64,000 bases of DNA from Cenococcum geophilum (GCA_050273025.1 CP158636.1:12400001-12464000), one strand, 5' to 3'. Positions 48,243 to 61,722 are shown, counted from the stretch's first letter. Notes: generated by a model not told the origin, from the letters alone. A program made the numbers and translations.

Positions 48243-51200
48243 TATAAATTATAGAAAATAGGGTTATTTCGCTAGAAACTATAAAGATGGTTAGAGATAT
48301 TACGCGGTAAAGGGAACTAGAGTAATAGAAGATATATACGTATAGAGGGATAATAGTATACTATAAGGAATAAAAGAGTGTTTAATTAGAAGTTTTATGT
48401 TTTATTATAATAACGCATGCCTAATTTATAAGGACGCTAAGTATAGTATAAGCTATTAGCCATAAGAGCTAGAGTTAAGAGGACTTAAAGGAACTAATAA
48501 ATTAATACGCAGATTGGATATTAAGGACGATAAATTTAATATAGGCGAAGTATTTACTAATAATAAGGTAATAAGGGCGGTTTACTAAAAACATATAGGC
48601 CTTGGAGAAGTTATATTAGAAGTAGAGATTAAATTAGCTATAGAAACTAAAACAGTAGTAGGGATTAAAACTCCGTTAGACATAATGTCTATCGCTTTAT
48701 AAAACAGAAGAAGTAATATCTAAGAGGGATTAAGTAAGCAGACAACTGCTAGTGCTAGCTTACTACTTAATAAAGGCAAAAGGCCATAGGCTTAAGATTC
48801 TTAAGATAAGATAAGAGATAACTAAGATTCTTAAAATAAGATAAGGCACACCTAAAGACCTATAACGGACAATAACCGATAGGAAAGGGTAGTAGCTTAG
48901 TTTAAAGATAAACAAATAAGCACGGGATAGAGATTTCTAGGGTACTAAGATTTTAAAAAATGAATAAGGATACCTATAAGTAAGAAGCAGGAGACTTCTA
49001 TATAGATTAGAGAATCCGCAGTATAAGCAGTAATTAGGCTAGGAGATCTATATATAGACCCAGAGGACCTACCGCTAAAGCACAGCGCTCTAGGTCGAAA
49101 AGTTAACACTATAATTAAGAAGTAAGAAGACTTTAAGGATCTAGCTATAAGACGTAGATATTAAGAAACTATAGACGAATTTAGAGCAAGAATTATTATA
49201 TGGTAAGAGTATAAACTAGACTAGAGATCTAGTGTGCTAAGATATATAAGAGACAGGGTACTTATATAGAAAATTACTAATAGGCTAAGGATAGGAACAC
49301 TAAGAGCTAAGTAGTTAGATAAACTAGAATAAGAAGAGGATCTAGGGATTCTAACTAGATTTATAAAACGATATACTAAAGGTTATATATGCTTATAAAG
49401 CTATATTAAAAGTAGTATAGGCAGTAATATAATAATAAATGGGAGAACTTCTATAAGTAGCTAAACGAAAGAGTTATTATAAATAAGGCTATTACTAAGA
49501 AAGAAATAAGTTATATTAGAGGAGCACTAATTATAATATTACGGGATCTAGAGGAACAATTAGAGAACTAGAAAGAGATATAGTGTATCTAAGTTCTAGC
49601 AAAAGAGTTTATAACGTTTAGATTATTACAAACTAGGTTTAAACTTATAGGTAAAAATAAACTAAGAGTTAACCTAAGACACCTAGTATATTATATATTG
49701 GCATAGATTATATATATAGACGATATATACAATATGTATAAGAATCTAAAAGAAAAGAATTGGAAATACTTAATAAGAATATATTAGATAACGGATAAGA
49801 AATAATTTAGAAATGCTAAGTATATATATAAATAGCATCTAACGGAGAATTAAGAAGAAGGAATAATAGTACTTTAGCCAAAAAGATTCCTTATAGAAGA
49901 ATACCTAAAGGGATAACAGTGGTAGGAATGCCTAAAGAATACGTATCTATAGTATATAGAAGAAAAAAAGCGAACTAGGTATTAGCTAAAAAATAAGCTA
50001 AGTATAACAGGATCTAGTAGCTAATAGTTAGGAAAAGTAAAGGCCTACGGGATTAGAGGGAGCCAGTAGTAGAGCCTTAGACCCTTAAAGGAATTTAAGA
50101 ATAACACCTAAATTTATAAGTTAAATAGTAAGATTAACAGTTTAAAGCATTAATAGATAGTGGAGTAATAAGAAACTATATCTTATTAGTAGTAGTAAAA
50201 AGAATAGGGCTACTATACGGATAGAAAGAATACCCTTATTTATTAGTTACGATTTTAGGAGATCTAATAGCCTATAAAGGGGGTATTATTAATCTTAAAA
50301 TAGGACCTATTTAGTTAACCATTAAAGGGAGACAAGTCTAGATATCTTTTAATATCCTACTATTAGGACGGGATAAGGCAGTATTAGGTATGCCTTAGTT
50401 ATAAGAATATAACCTAAAGATTAATTAGATTATAGGTTAAGTTAATATAAGAGATACTTAACGCCGTAAGATATAACAATAGACTAAGATAGTATAGTAC
50501 TAAGTTGGAGTAACTTATAAGGAGACTAAGTAAGGCTTAAATTATGTACCAAAAAGATACCATAAGTATGGCAAAAAGTTATGGTTACTAAAAAGTAAAA
50601 AGCTATTAGAATATATAGCATAGGACTATAAAATAGAGTTAGAACTAAAAATAAGTTTAAAGTTTTTTCTAATCTACAAGCTAACTAAAGAAGAGTTAAG
50701 AGCTTTAAAAGAGTTTGTCTAGGAAAATTTATAAAAGGGATATATCCGGCTATTACAATTATTAGTAGGATATCCAGTACTGTTCGTACTAAAGAAAAAT
50801 AGAAAACTTAGACTATATATTAACTATAAATAGTTAAACAGCATTACTAGAAAGAATAGGTATTCTTTACCCTTAATTAGCGAAATCTAAGATAGAATAG
50901 GCAACGCGTAAATCTTTACGAAGATAGACCTAAGATAAGTATATTATTAGATTAGAATTAAGGAAGGTAATAAATAGAAGGCAGCCTTTAGATTAAAGGA
51001 AGGACTATATAAGCTATTAGTTATATAATTCGGGCTTATAAATATATTACCGACGTTCCAAAAGCGGATTAATAATGTATTAGGAGAATACCTTAATAAG
51101 TTTATTATGGTATACCTTAACGACATTATTATTTACTTAATAAGTAAAGAAGAATATGGAGAATACGTTAAATGGGTCTTGAGGAGACTATAAAAAGAAC

Positions 51201-53350
51201 AGATACTAGTAGCAATTAAGAAATGTAAGTTCTTTACTAGGAAGACCGATTTTATAGAATTTATTATTAAACTAGGTTATATTAGTATGGACCTAAAGAA
51301 AATAGAAGCTATAGTAAGTTGGTAAGAACTAGAGAACGTTACGCAGTTAAGATAGTTTTTAGGGGTTTGTAACTACTATAGGAGGTTTATAATATAATGG
51401 TTAAAGAACATTAAACCCTTTACTAGGCTTACGAAGAAGGAGGAATTGTGGGTATAGGGTAATAAGCAGAAGAAGCTATTTTAAAAACTTAAGGAGATGT
51501 TTACCTAGGAACTAATCCTTAAAATCTACTAATTAGGGTTAGACATAGTTGTGGAAATAAATATATTAGACTTTATATTAGGAGTATGTTTATTATAGAA
51601 GCATAAGGACGCATAGCATCTAATTATATACTATAGTTGGAAGATAACACCACTAGAGTTAAACTATAACATCTATAACAAGGAGTTATTAGGAATAGTT
51701 ATAGTACTTAAGAAATAGAGAGCATTCTTATAAGGAGTAGAGAAACTATTTATAGTTAAAACAGACTATAAGAACCTAACGGGGTTCCTAATAACAAAAG
51801 AACTTAACTAAAGATAAGTTAGATAGGCAGAGATGCTTACAAAATACTATTTTAAGATTTAGTATACTAAGGGTACAGAAAATACATAAGCAGACACTCT
51901 TAATAGAAAAGCTAAACTATAGAATAATAAGAAACCATTAGGAGCAATATTATAAAAAGATAAAGACAGATTAATTAGATATAATTATCCTAAAATTATA
52001 GCAATAAGAGAAATTAGTTAGACCTATAAAACACTAAAGAGTATATAGTTATAAAGAATTTAAAAAGTATAGAGTAAGGATCTAGAAGTAGATTAGTATA
52101 AGAATAGAAAAGTAACTTATATTCTAAGATCTATTGTAAAAGAATTTTTGTTAAGGAATTTTATAAGGGAATAATATAGGGACACAACGGGGCTATAGGC
52201 TTAGTATTAAGACTCTAAAAGGAGTATATTATTTAAGGAATCTAGGGCTTAGCGAGATAAGTTATAAAGGAATATCTAGATTGCTAAAGGAATAAACTAA
52301 TAAGGTATAAGCTATATAGAGGGCTATAACCTATTAAAACACTAGAGAGACTATAGGAGGTTATATTATAGGACTTTATTATAAAGTTACTTAAATTAAG
52401 AGATCCTATTACCGGACGAGATTATAATATAATCTTAGTAATAGTAGATAAGTTAACTAAATAGGGCTACTTTATAGCATGCACAGAAGAAATCTTAGTG
52501 GAAGATATTGCTAGAATCTATATTAAAGAAGTGTTTATAAGATATAGAGTACTAATAAAGATTATATTAGACAGAGATCTAAGATTTATAGTAGTATTTT
52601 AGGAGGTATTCTTAGCCGAACAAGGGGTTTGCGTAGCAATATTAATAGTATATTATTTATAGATAGACGGTTAAATGGAAAGATTAAATTAGATACTAGA
52701 ATAATATATAAGGTATTATATTAACTATATATAGAATAATTAGGTATTGTTATTACTAGTTATATAGTTTATATATAATGCGACACTATAGGAAGGGATA
52801 GGTATATTACCTTTTAAGGCAAATTATAAATATGAGCTAAGAATATTATTATCGCCACGTTAAGTAAAGAAGATAAGTAGTACAGCTAAATAAGGAATGG
52901 AGATGTTAATGAATCTTTATACACACCTTATAGATATAGCTAAGGTAGTATAATAAAGAATAAAGAAATACTATAATGTTAAGAGATCTAAGGGACTAGA
53001 TCTTAAGGAGGGGGATAAAGTATAGCTACTATATAAAATTTTTAAGAGTTAATAACTAAGTAAGAAATTGGACCACGTTAGACTAGGACCCTTTAAAATT
53101 ATATAGAGGATTTCACTGGTTATATTTAAGTTAAACTTACTAGCTAAAATAAAGATCTACCCTATATAGTATATTATAATGCTAGAGCCAGTATATAGGA
53201 ATATTAAGCTACTAGTCTATAAGGCAGACATATATAAAGGATAAGAGGAAGACGAATAATAAGTTTTAAAGATTATTAGTTATAAGGACATTAATAACGA
53301 AATATAGTATAAGGTAAAGTGGATAGGCTATAATAAGACTACCTAGGAGC

Positions 53351-56300
53351 TGTCACGAAGTGTATATTAAGCAGTTTATTGATAATATAGGTTGATTAAT
53401 TAATGATCTTAATGATCTTCGTGGTTGTCGTTAACCTAGGGCCCTCGGGCTAAGATGAAGATATTTATAATACACGTGACCCATGCACGTAACTCGTGCA
53501 CGGCCTACGCCTTTAGAGAATATAGATTATCTAATATACTCCCTTAGCTTTAACCTAGTTAAGGACAAAGCTAACTACCTTCTCGTGTCCGTTAATACGT
53601 TAATTAAACCATAATTTTATTTAAATCCTTCTGTCTTACTCTAATCTTATCCCTTAGGTCCTCTAGTTACTTCTCCTTATTTAGCTGCTTTTTAATATCT
53701 ACTATTCCGATTATATTAACGAAGCTTTAAAACCTCTACTTAGGCAGGGCCTTTGTAAGTCCATTAGCGATTATCTCCTTCGTCACTATCTATTAAAATA
53801 GTACTCGTCTCCTTACGTATTCCTAACGTAGCCAGTATTAATAAATGTTAACATATTAGAGCTTTATAATTAGCTTTACTATGTTTTCTATAATTAGTTA
53901 GAGTATCTAGGTATTATTACATTTAATAATTAAGGGCTTATTTAGCCTTAACGTTATTACTTTAAATAGCCTACTAATAAAGATAGCTTTCTTTACTATC
54001 TGTAATAGGGCTAATAACTTAGCTTCTATGCTTAACGTTATAACTATACCCTGCTTATTTGCTCTCTAGGCGATTAGTTCCCTAAATAGCTTTATAATAT
54101 ATCCTTATAAGCTCTTTCTATTAACGGAGTTATCCGTAAATAATGTATCGCTAGCATAGATAAATAATTACGCTTTGCTTTTACCGTCTCTCCTATTGTC
54201 TTGTCCTTTATCGCGTATTCCTTTATCTTTCCCTCTACCGTTTATTCCTTCCTTATCTCCTTTATAGTAGATTACTCTGCTCCTCGTACTATATAGGTAC
54301 TAGATTACTCTATCTACCGCTTAATAGTGCTTTTAGCTTAGGTTCTAATTAAACCTTACTAGCTATAATACTGTAAAAGTAATATTTAGATATATTGTAG
54401 TGGCTATATAGAGTATTAAACCTATTTTTCTCTAATATAGCATTATAGAAGCTAGTAGGGATATAGGACGGACTAATAGATCTATATTAGGGGACGGACG
54501 CGTTAGACAGATTAATTAGTAATTAGTAGGGAGGAGTTCTAATTCTGCTATAGGAGTGTCTAGAAGACGCCCTTTAAGATCTAGCTTATACTAATTAGCT
54601 ATCTTCTTAATATAGGCTTCCTAGAAGAGCTATAGGAGCCTTTAGCTATAATTATATAGTATATAGATTCTTAGGAACTATTTTAGTTTGCTAAGGGTAC
54701 TTATCTAGTATTCCTTACTTAGCTCCTTAATTGCTTTTTAAGCTTTCTTCTTATTTATCTTTTAGTAGTAGAAGACAATATTATTAACGTAGAAGAAGAT
54801 GACTATTTTACCTTTTAGTATAATATACGGCTTCTAGGGTACCTCTTTAAAACCTAATTCTGTTAACGAGCTTATAAGATTCTTCTGTCATAATAGTAGT
54901 GATCTTTATAGTCCGTATAGGGCTTTTTTTAAGCGAAGTACTTTATCTTTCTTTCCGTTATTAAATCCTGGCGGTAGCTTTATATAGATAACTTCGTCAA
55001 GATCGTAATAGATAAACGTATTAACTATATTTATCTATATCATCTCTAGGTCGAATTTTGCGGTGATCGCTATAAGGGTTTAGAAGGTCGTACTAGCTAA
55101 TATAGTAGCTCTTATAGGTAGGTCTCCTAGGGCCTATTAATTTTTATATACTACTAAGCGTGCCTTATATTTCTAAAGGAATCTGTACTTATCTATCTTA
55201 TAAATAAAGATTTATATTAAGCTAAGGATCTGCTATCTCTTTGCGTGCTTTTTATCTATTTCTTAAAACAACTTTATTTAATAATAGGATTAGAGGTAAG
55301 CTTGTTAAGCTTCTTAGAACTAATCTTAAAGAGGATACGTATTAAGGTTATAGATTAACTAAGGTAGTAAAGGTAAGTTCTTCCTATATATCTAACATTA
55401 TATATTTTACCTAATTTTAGCTTACTGTTGTTAAGTTAACTATTAAGGTTAAACTTCCTTCCTGCTAAGAAGGCGCTGTAATAGGCTGAAGTAATCCTTT
55501 TAGTAATAAAGTCTTTAAACCTATAATCGCCGGCTTCCTTAAATAAGTCTTTAACTAAGTTATTAAACACCTCTAAAGTGTAAAACCTATCTCTTACTCG
55601 GCTAATAATATCCTAATTAGTACCTTATATATCTAACTTTATAAAATACTCGACGTAAAAGGTATATAGAGATTCTTCATCTTCTTTTATTGGAGGTAGC
55701 GTATAATATATATCTTTAAGAGCTCTTACAAGCTTAAGATCTGCTAACTTATTAAAGGTTTAAACTAGCTTATTAACGTTATCGTCTTCTTCTTAAATTA
55801 ACGGTTTAAATACTTTTTTATTATCTTCCAGAAGAACCTTATTCTTAGTTAGGGTATTAGGGAGTTAAATCTTCTTAATTAGTGTGTCTAATTCAGCGTA
55901 TAGGTCCTTTAAGATGTCTATTTGCTTACCGTTAAAGAACATCTTTTTATTAAAGATAACGTCCCTAGTAGAGATAACGATACCCTTATATAGGATCCAG
56001 ATCCTATAAATATTAGTAGAGTTATAGCTAATAAGGTAGCCGATATAGGCTTATAGATCTAGTTTACTTAGCCTTTTCTTCTTTAGCTAGGCGTCTAATG
56101 TTATCGCGTACGCCCTACAGCCGTAGGCTTTTAGGTGCGCTAGTTGCGGCTTTCTTAATCTCCTATTAGCTAGGAAGGTATAGAACCTCTTATATAGCAA
56201 TTTCTATCTATTACTTTCTTATGGCGTTTAATCTTAAAGGTAGACTATATAGTTAACTATCTAATTCTATAGATTATGTGGTAGATTAGTAGTAATTCTT

Positions 56301-58935
56301 ATTATACATGCTCTTTTAATAATTATACCCCTTAAGCGTTTGGTAGTACTATTTTAAGCTTAAGTATATAGCGCTAAAGGCTTAAATATAATCCCTTGCG
56401 TCCGTAGCTATTTAAGGGTTTTTCTTCTCCCTAGCTCGTTGTTTTATCTAATAGTGTTAACTTTAAGGTTATACCTTAGACAAATTTATTAGATAAAATC
56501 TTTAAGCACTTATAGTATCTCCTTTTTCTTACTATACGTTATTATAAAATACGGGAAGGTTTTTTCTAAGAAGGTATTATGGATAAGTATAACTTATATA
56601 AATCCAGTATGCGCTTTTTTAAGGTTAGTTTGGTTAATATAGAGGTTAAAATAGGGTTTATTAATTTTCTATTTTAAGAACCTTTATAAGACCTAACGCT
56701 TAATTTTAGCGAGACTGTAATATTAATATTCTATTATCTTTAGGCCTTAAAGCTTAACTTCTAGGGCGTTAAAACCTAGATAATAAAGGCTTATAGGTTC
56801 TAAATAACCTAAACGCAGATACTATAAATATATATTACCTTTTAAATCTAGACAAACGTCTCTTAACAATACTCTACGCTTCTATTAGCGGTATAGTAGT
56901 CGGCTTATATTAAACGCGGATTTTAAGCTTCCTAATTAGATATATTTAATAGTCTATTATCTATAACGTTCTTCTATTTAATATAGGATTATATTATCCT
57001 TCTAAACTAGAAGATTGTTATCTCCTTTATTGTCCTAGTAGTACCCTTATTTTTAAAGTAGGCGGAATAATACTAGATTTATATTCAAGTCCGTATAAAA
57101 GGTAATATCCTTAAGACATAGGATTCCCTTACTCTTGTCTAGTTTTATAACTTAGATAGTAATATTGCTATAGCCTAGTATAGGCACTTCTAAGCTGCCG
57201 GTAATAATATATTCGTATCTTAGAGCTTTTCTAAAATTATAAAAATAAGAAAGGTTATTAAAGATATAGAAAGTGGTTCCTAAGTTAAGAATAGTTAATA
57301 GCTTTAGTAAATAGAGTTAACCAATGTAATACAATTCTAAAAATATCGCATTAGCTTCTCCCTTAATTTTAACTTTCTAACTCTTATCCTATTATTATTA
57401 AGCCTTATCTTTTTATTCTTTAAGTCTAATCTTTATAACTTAGTTAGTAAGATCCTTATTCTTTTTTACCTTCTTTAGTGCCCTATTAATGCGAGCATTT
57501 TCTATTATAACTCCTATAGGTCTCTTATCTTTAAATAAACACTAATAGTCCTAAAGGGAGTGTCCTCATATTCCGTACGCTAAGTATTTAGGTATTAGCT
57601 TCTTATAGGACGTCTCCTTATCTACTAATGTCCCGGCTCTCTTTAAGCGTCTATTATATACTAAGGCTCTTCCTCTCCGTAAACCTTTAGTAGTATTAGA
57701 GTAATCCTTAATAGCTTACTCTACAAAGTCTGTATTAAAGATACTCCCTTTTATAGTAGTATTAGCTTTCTTTAAGGGTGTTCTAAGTCCTTCTTATAGC
57801 TCCTTTACTACTTTACGGTATTTAGAAGATTTTAACTTCTAAGGGTTATTTAACTTGGTAGTATACTTTATATAGTAGGCGTTACTAAAAGGTTAAATAA
57901 CTTCTACTAAATCTTAAAGCTAGATTCTATCTAATATTTAAGGGATCTTATACTTTTCTCCTAGTATTATTACGTGTTCCTATTAATCTAGCTATTAGTT
58001 TAATTTTAATAACTATTTAAACCCCTTAAGGGCTTCCGTATACTAGTATTATACCTTCTTCTTAATAAATAATAAGGTAGGTTCTATGTTCTCCTTTAAT
58101 TAGGATAGCCATTCTCTAACTATTAAGGAAGGGTTAAGCAGTAGCTTCTTCTAAATTAATACTATAGATATAATCTAGGTGCGGATCTATTAAAGATAAT
58201 CTTCTTATTTTAGGAAATACTTTATATCCTAGTTATAGTATTGTCTACTATTCTTATACGCTTTCTATTAATTTGTTAAGAGCTATATATATAAGGTTAT
58301 ATTCTTATTAAAATCTATAACCTTTAGATAAGGTGGTTTTTTAAATAAACCTTCTTAAGGTGCTTCTATAGCTGGGTTAATATAGGCCTAAATTTGCTGA
58401 TCTATAAGGGCTTGGAGTTGCTATAGCTATTATTCCTAGTCTTCTAGCTTACTAAGGATGATTATAGTTAACGAACTTAATGGTGGAGTTATTTGACTGA
58501 TAGGCAAAGGAGGAATTAAGATGGTATTTTGTTGTTAGGATCGTCCCTGTCGTTAGGATCGTCCTTTGACGATTAAGGTGGAATCTCGTGGAATCTTGTC
58601 CTGTGATGATTGAGGTAGGATTTCTGTCAGAGTCTACGTCCTAACGATGAGGTTAATGAGGTGTTAGAGTCTGATAATGAGGTAGAATTTCTTTAAATGA
58701 TTGAGTAATAGCTGAATAGCTTCTTAAGTTGGTGGACCGGGCTTATAACTGTTACGAAATGCATATTGAGCAGTTTATTGATGATATGGGTTGATTAATT
58801 GATGATCTTAATAATCTTCGTGGTTGTCGTTGACCTAGGGCCCTCGGGCTAAGATGAAGATATTTACAATGCACGTGACCCGTGTACGTGACTTGTGCAC
58901 GGCCTACGCCTCTAGAGAATACAGATTATTTAATA
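53351..58935 (-). mobile_element. Full-length Ty1/Copia LTR retrotransposon inserted in the Gypsy chromodomain
   Basis: 186-bp LTRs 53351-53536 and 58750-58935. TSD GGAGC at 53346-53350 and 58936-58940. PBS GTTAT(A<G)AGCCC. PPT AAGGGAGTA. RT FFYV(DD)IV at ~54775-54800, RNase H SD.LF.DNSV.RKS at ~54110-54150. Confidence 0.95.
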
Positions 58936-58961
58936 GGAGCCACTAAACAACCTAAAGAACG

Positions 58962-59664
58962 CTATAGAAAAGGTATAGGAGTATTAGAAAAAAACGGGTT
59001 AGGTAATATTAAGAAGAAGCTAAAGATAAAGGGATTAGTTAAAAGTAATAGATAAGCTGGAGTATCTAAGGGATCTACCGCTAGCGTATAAACTGTTTCC
59101 GCCTCTCCTAAATTAGAATCCGTTTTAGCCTCCCCAGCCTTAAGCCTATAAAGACCTTATTTAGCAAGCTTTAACTCCTTAAAACGGACTTTTTTATAAA
59201 CCCGCTTAAGACAAGACAAATAGGTATAAGTAGTAAGTTAAGTATTAAGGATCTGCGACTCCTTAAAATATAAACGCTAAAACTTAACTAAGGCACAATC
59301 TTATTTATTACGTAAGAACTAAAGTTTACTATAGGTAGTAGAGAGTTAGTTTTCTAACTTCTTAGCAACGGATTAAATCTAAGACCCTATAGTAAATTTA
59401 ATAAGGTACTAAACAATTATAGAGAATTACGAGATGTATATACTTAGTATTAGAGATAGACTAAACATTACAAAATAATCGCATATTCGCTCGCGTATAC
59501 TTAGCGCAGAAAGAAGGTTAGTAACTAGATAGAGCCGTAATCGTAATATATACTAACTTCTTTTCCGTATAACAAGAATAGGACGGTATAACTTCACTTA
59601 GTAAGAGTATAAGAGTTACCAGCTGGTTATAATAATTAGATATAGGGGATCTAATAGGAGGCAT
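58962..59664 (-). pseudogene. Antisense accessory gene of the Gypsy element: Cys6 zinc-cluster-like motif + coiled coil, one intron
   Basis: ATG at 59664 (MPPIRSP...). De-RIPed: PSCSRCAEKKLVC...SSCAECTRANMRSSCDV. Putative 55-nt intron at 59441-59387, then heptad-like SVAKKLEDQLS...RLSRLERV..K. Several Cys codons are inferred by reversing RIP; end approximate. Confidence 0.65.
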
Positions 59665-60755
59665 TAGGAATAATAAAGGTTATTAAATTAAAGATAGGAA
59701 TGCCACACCTCTAATAGACGACTTAGAGATATAGGATATCTTTAAGGACGAAGATAAAGAGGAGGGGGATAGTGTTACGGACCTTATATCGGCAGTAGTA
59801 AAACTACTAAGAAGGGATATAAACGGACTAGTGGTGGAAGCTTAGAAGGAGCTAGAACTAGTTAAACTATAGGATAAGGGGTAGCTAAGTTATATAATAT
59901 GTTACGTTACTAGTTCGGTATATAGGAACGTAGGAACGTGGAAATGTAGGCAATATACTAACGTACTAACGTACTAACGTACTTAGTTATTACTATAGGA
60001 AGGAGTTATATATTTAAAGGACTACGGTCCCTACCTAGATAGTTCCTTTCTTTATAGTAAATTTTAGAATATAATTAGAGTTAATCTATTAGGCAACCAC
60101 TCCACTAGTTGTTATTACATTGTTAATTATTATTGTTACCTATATACCTAGCCTATTAACAAGTCTACCGTAGTTCCTACTATAAGGCTTTATTATAAAT
60201 ACTAGATTTAGCGTACTCCTTAATATACCCTTTACCTATATCTCTATGCCTACTTTAGTGGCTAGGCTTAGACTAGCTGTCTCTATAGCGCGGATAAGGT
60301 TATCTACCGCGTTATCCGCGCTTATTACTGCTATACCCCCCTAAAAGGGGTGGTGTAGATTAAAGTCTCTTAATAGTATATATTCTCCTTTAGCTCTTAG
60401 TAGCTCTAGTAGCATATAGAGGCTACTATTTGTCTATTAGGGGTTATAAATGTTATAAATCTAAATAGTCCGCTCGCGGCCCTCTAGCTTAATCGTATAT
60501 ACGTCCGCTAAGTAGTATATAGGCGCCTACTTATTTGTGTTAATGGTCTTATTTATATAAAAGTAGACCCTTATATTACTAACTCCTGCGTATACTAGGT
60601 AGTAGGACTTTATAGTATATATTATATTTCCTTAATCTTTCCGCTATAGCTCTTAGATAGCTAGTATATCTAACTAGGAGTCCGCCTGCTCTACCTTTTA
60701 TAGGAAGTAGAGTATTACGCCGTTTCTACTATTATTAGTATTATATTATATAATT

Positions 60756-61623
60756 AGTAGATTTAATTTACCGTCCGACCCGGTCCCCCTAATGGGTCCA
60801 CGCAGACTAATTCCTATAGGAAAAGCTTATATTACACTGAGAAAACCCATTTTTTGGGTGAACAAAAAACCTCCAAGGGAAACGTGAGAGGTAATACTTC
60901 TAGATAGCATCCGTACTATATTAACGGGAGAAGAAAAACACTATCAGGTTGCTGCTTTAAGACTCCCCTTACGCAAGAGTGTCTAAAATGCCTGTCTTGC
61001 CCTTGTCTGCCATTTAAACCATTTTTGCCACGTCTATATATTACCTATATAAAGTTATATGCCTATCCCTAGCTCCTTTTCCAAGTCTCCTATAAATATC
61101 TCCTAATAATAATAACACTTGCGCTCCGCCCAGGCCTACATACTAAGGTCTCTTATCCATTCCTTTATTAAAAGGTTTCTACAACGGGGTATATATAACT
61201 TGGTATCGCTTTTGCCCTAGGTCCTAACCCTAGGCCCTTACACCTATTTATGAGGTATAGGAGGACACTCTAGTATTTAATAGGGGTAACCAGTCCCTAT
61301 AACTAGATACCCAGATTACTAGGTAATATTAAAATAGGGGGCTTCTGCTACGCTTAGGGCGCGGATTGTTTGCGTATATATATAGTTGCTATGCGGTGTA
61401 TATAGTATTTGTAGGAGGGAGGGGGTACGCCAGAGGGATAATTGCTTGTCGATTCGAATGACCAAACGTGTACGATAGACGTAGTAGCTGTGTTCAAACT
61501 TTTTGCTGGGGCTCACCCCCCAGTGAAAAATTTTCACACCACTACCACTACGTCGCTGCGCAGGCGCTGCGCAGCCGTACACACGTCTCTGCGTTTGCTC
61601 TGGTACTATCTCTTGCAAAAGAT
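60756..61623 (-). mobile_element. Diverged third member (copy C) of the ribozyme-headed retroposon family, 5' end truncated
   Basis: Minus strand shares ordered blocks with A/B: CAGAGC.AACGCAGAGACGT, GGT..GAAAATTTTTCA...GGTGAG, AAGGGCCTAG...GATACC, GAA.GGATAA, GGGTTTT...AATAT...TAGTCTGCGTGG, GACG.TAA.TTAAATCTACT tail. Confidence 0.75.
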
Positions 61624-61722
61624 CGGGAACTCGCTTAGGACGCAAAAGAGCCGCATCACCCCCCACCAAAATTTGTATAAGGGGTAATTTTTTCAATTTT
61701 AACTACCACAATTGAAGTTATT

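Larger units (their letters stand above)
45782..60197 (+). mobile_element. Full-length Ty3/Gypsy chromovirus, second family, hosting a SINE-like element and a Copia
   Basis: LTRs 45782-46185 and 59773-60197. TSD AATAC at 45777-45781 and 60198-60202. PPT AAAGAGGAGGGGGATAG. De-RIPed motifs: knuckle C..CGK.GHFARNC (~48240-48285), protease ALIDSG (~50150), RT VYL(D)DI (~51110), integrase, chromodomain at 53250-53350/58940. Confidence 0.95.
35462..60755 (-). mobile_element. Tad1-clade LINE ORF2 (APE endonuclease + RT) in three pieces: 60755-60198, 45781-45413, 38479-35462
   Basis: De-RIPed motifs: endonuclease start IIQYN.NNSRN...DILAIQEPW (60755-60645), RT GIPQGSTLSPI.FLFF (~37490-37440) and GFV(D)DS (~37391-37376). 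(ATT)n tail at 35462-35477. The pieces join exactly across the Gypsy TSDs. Confidence 0.9.
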
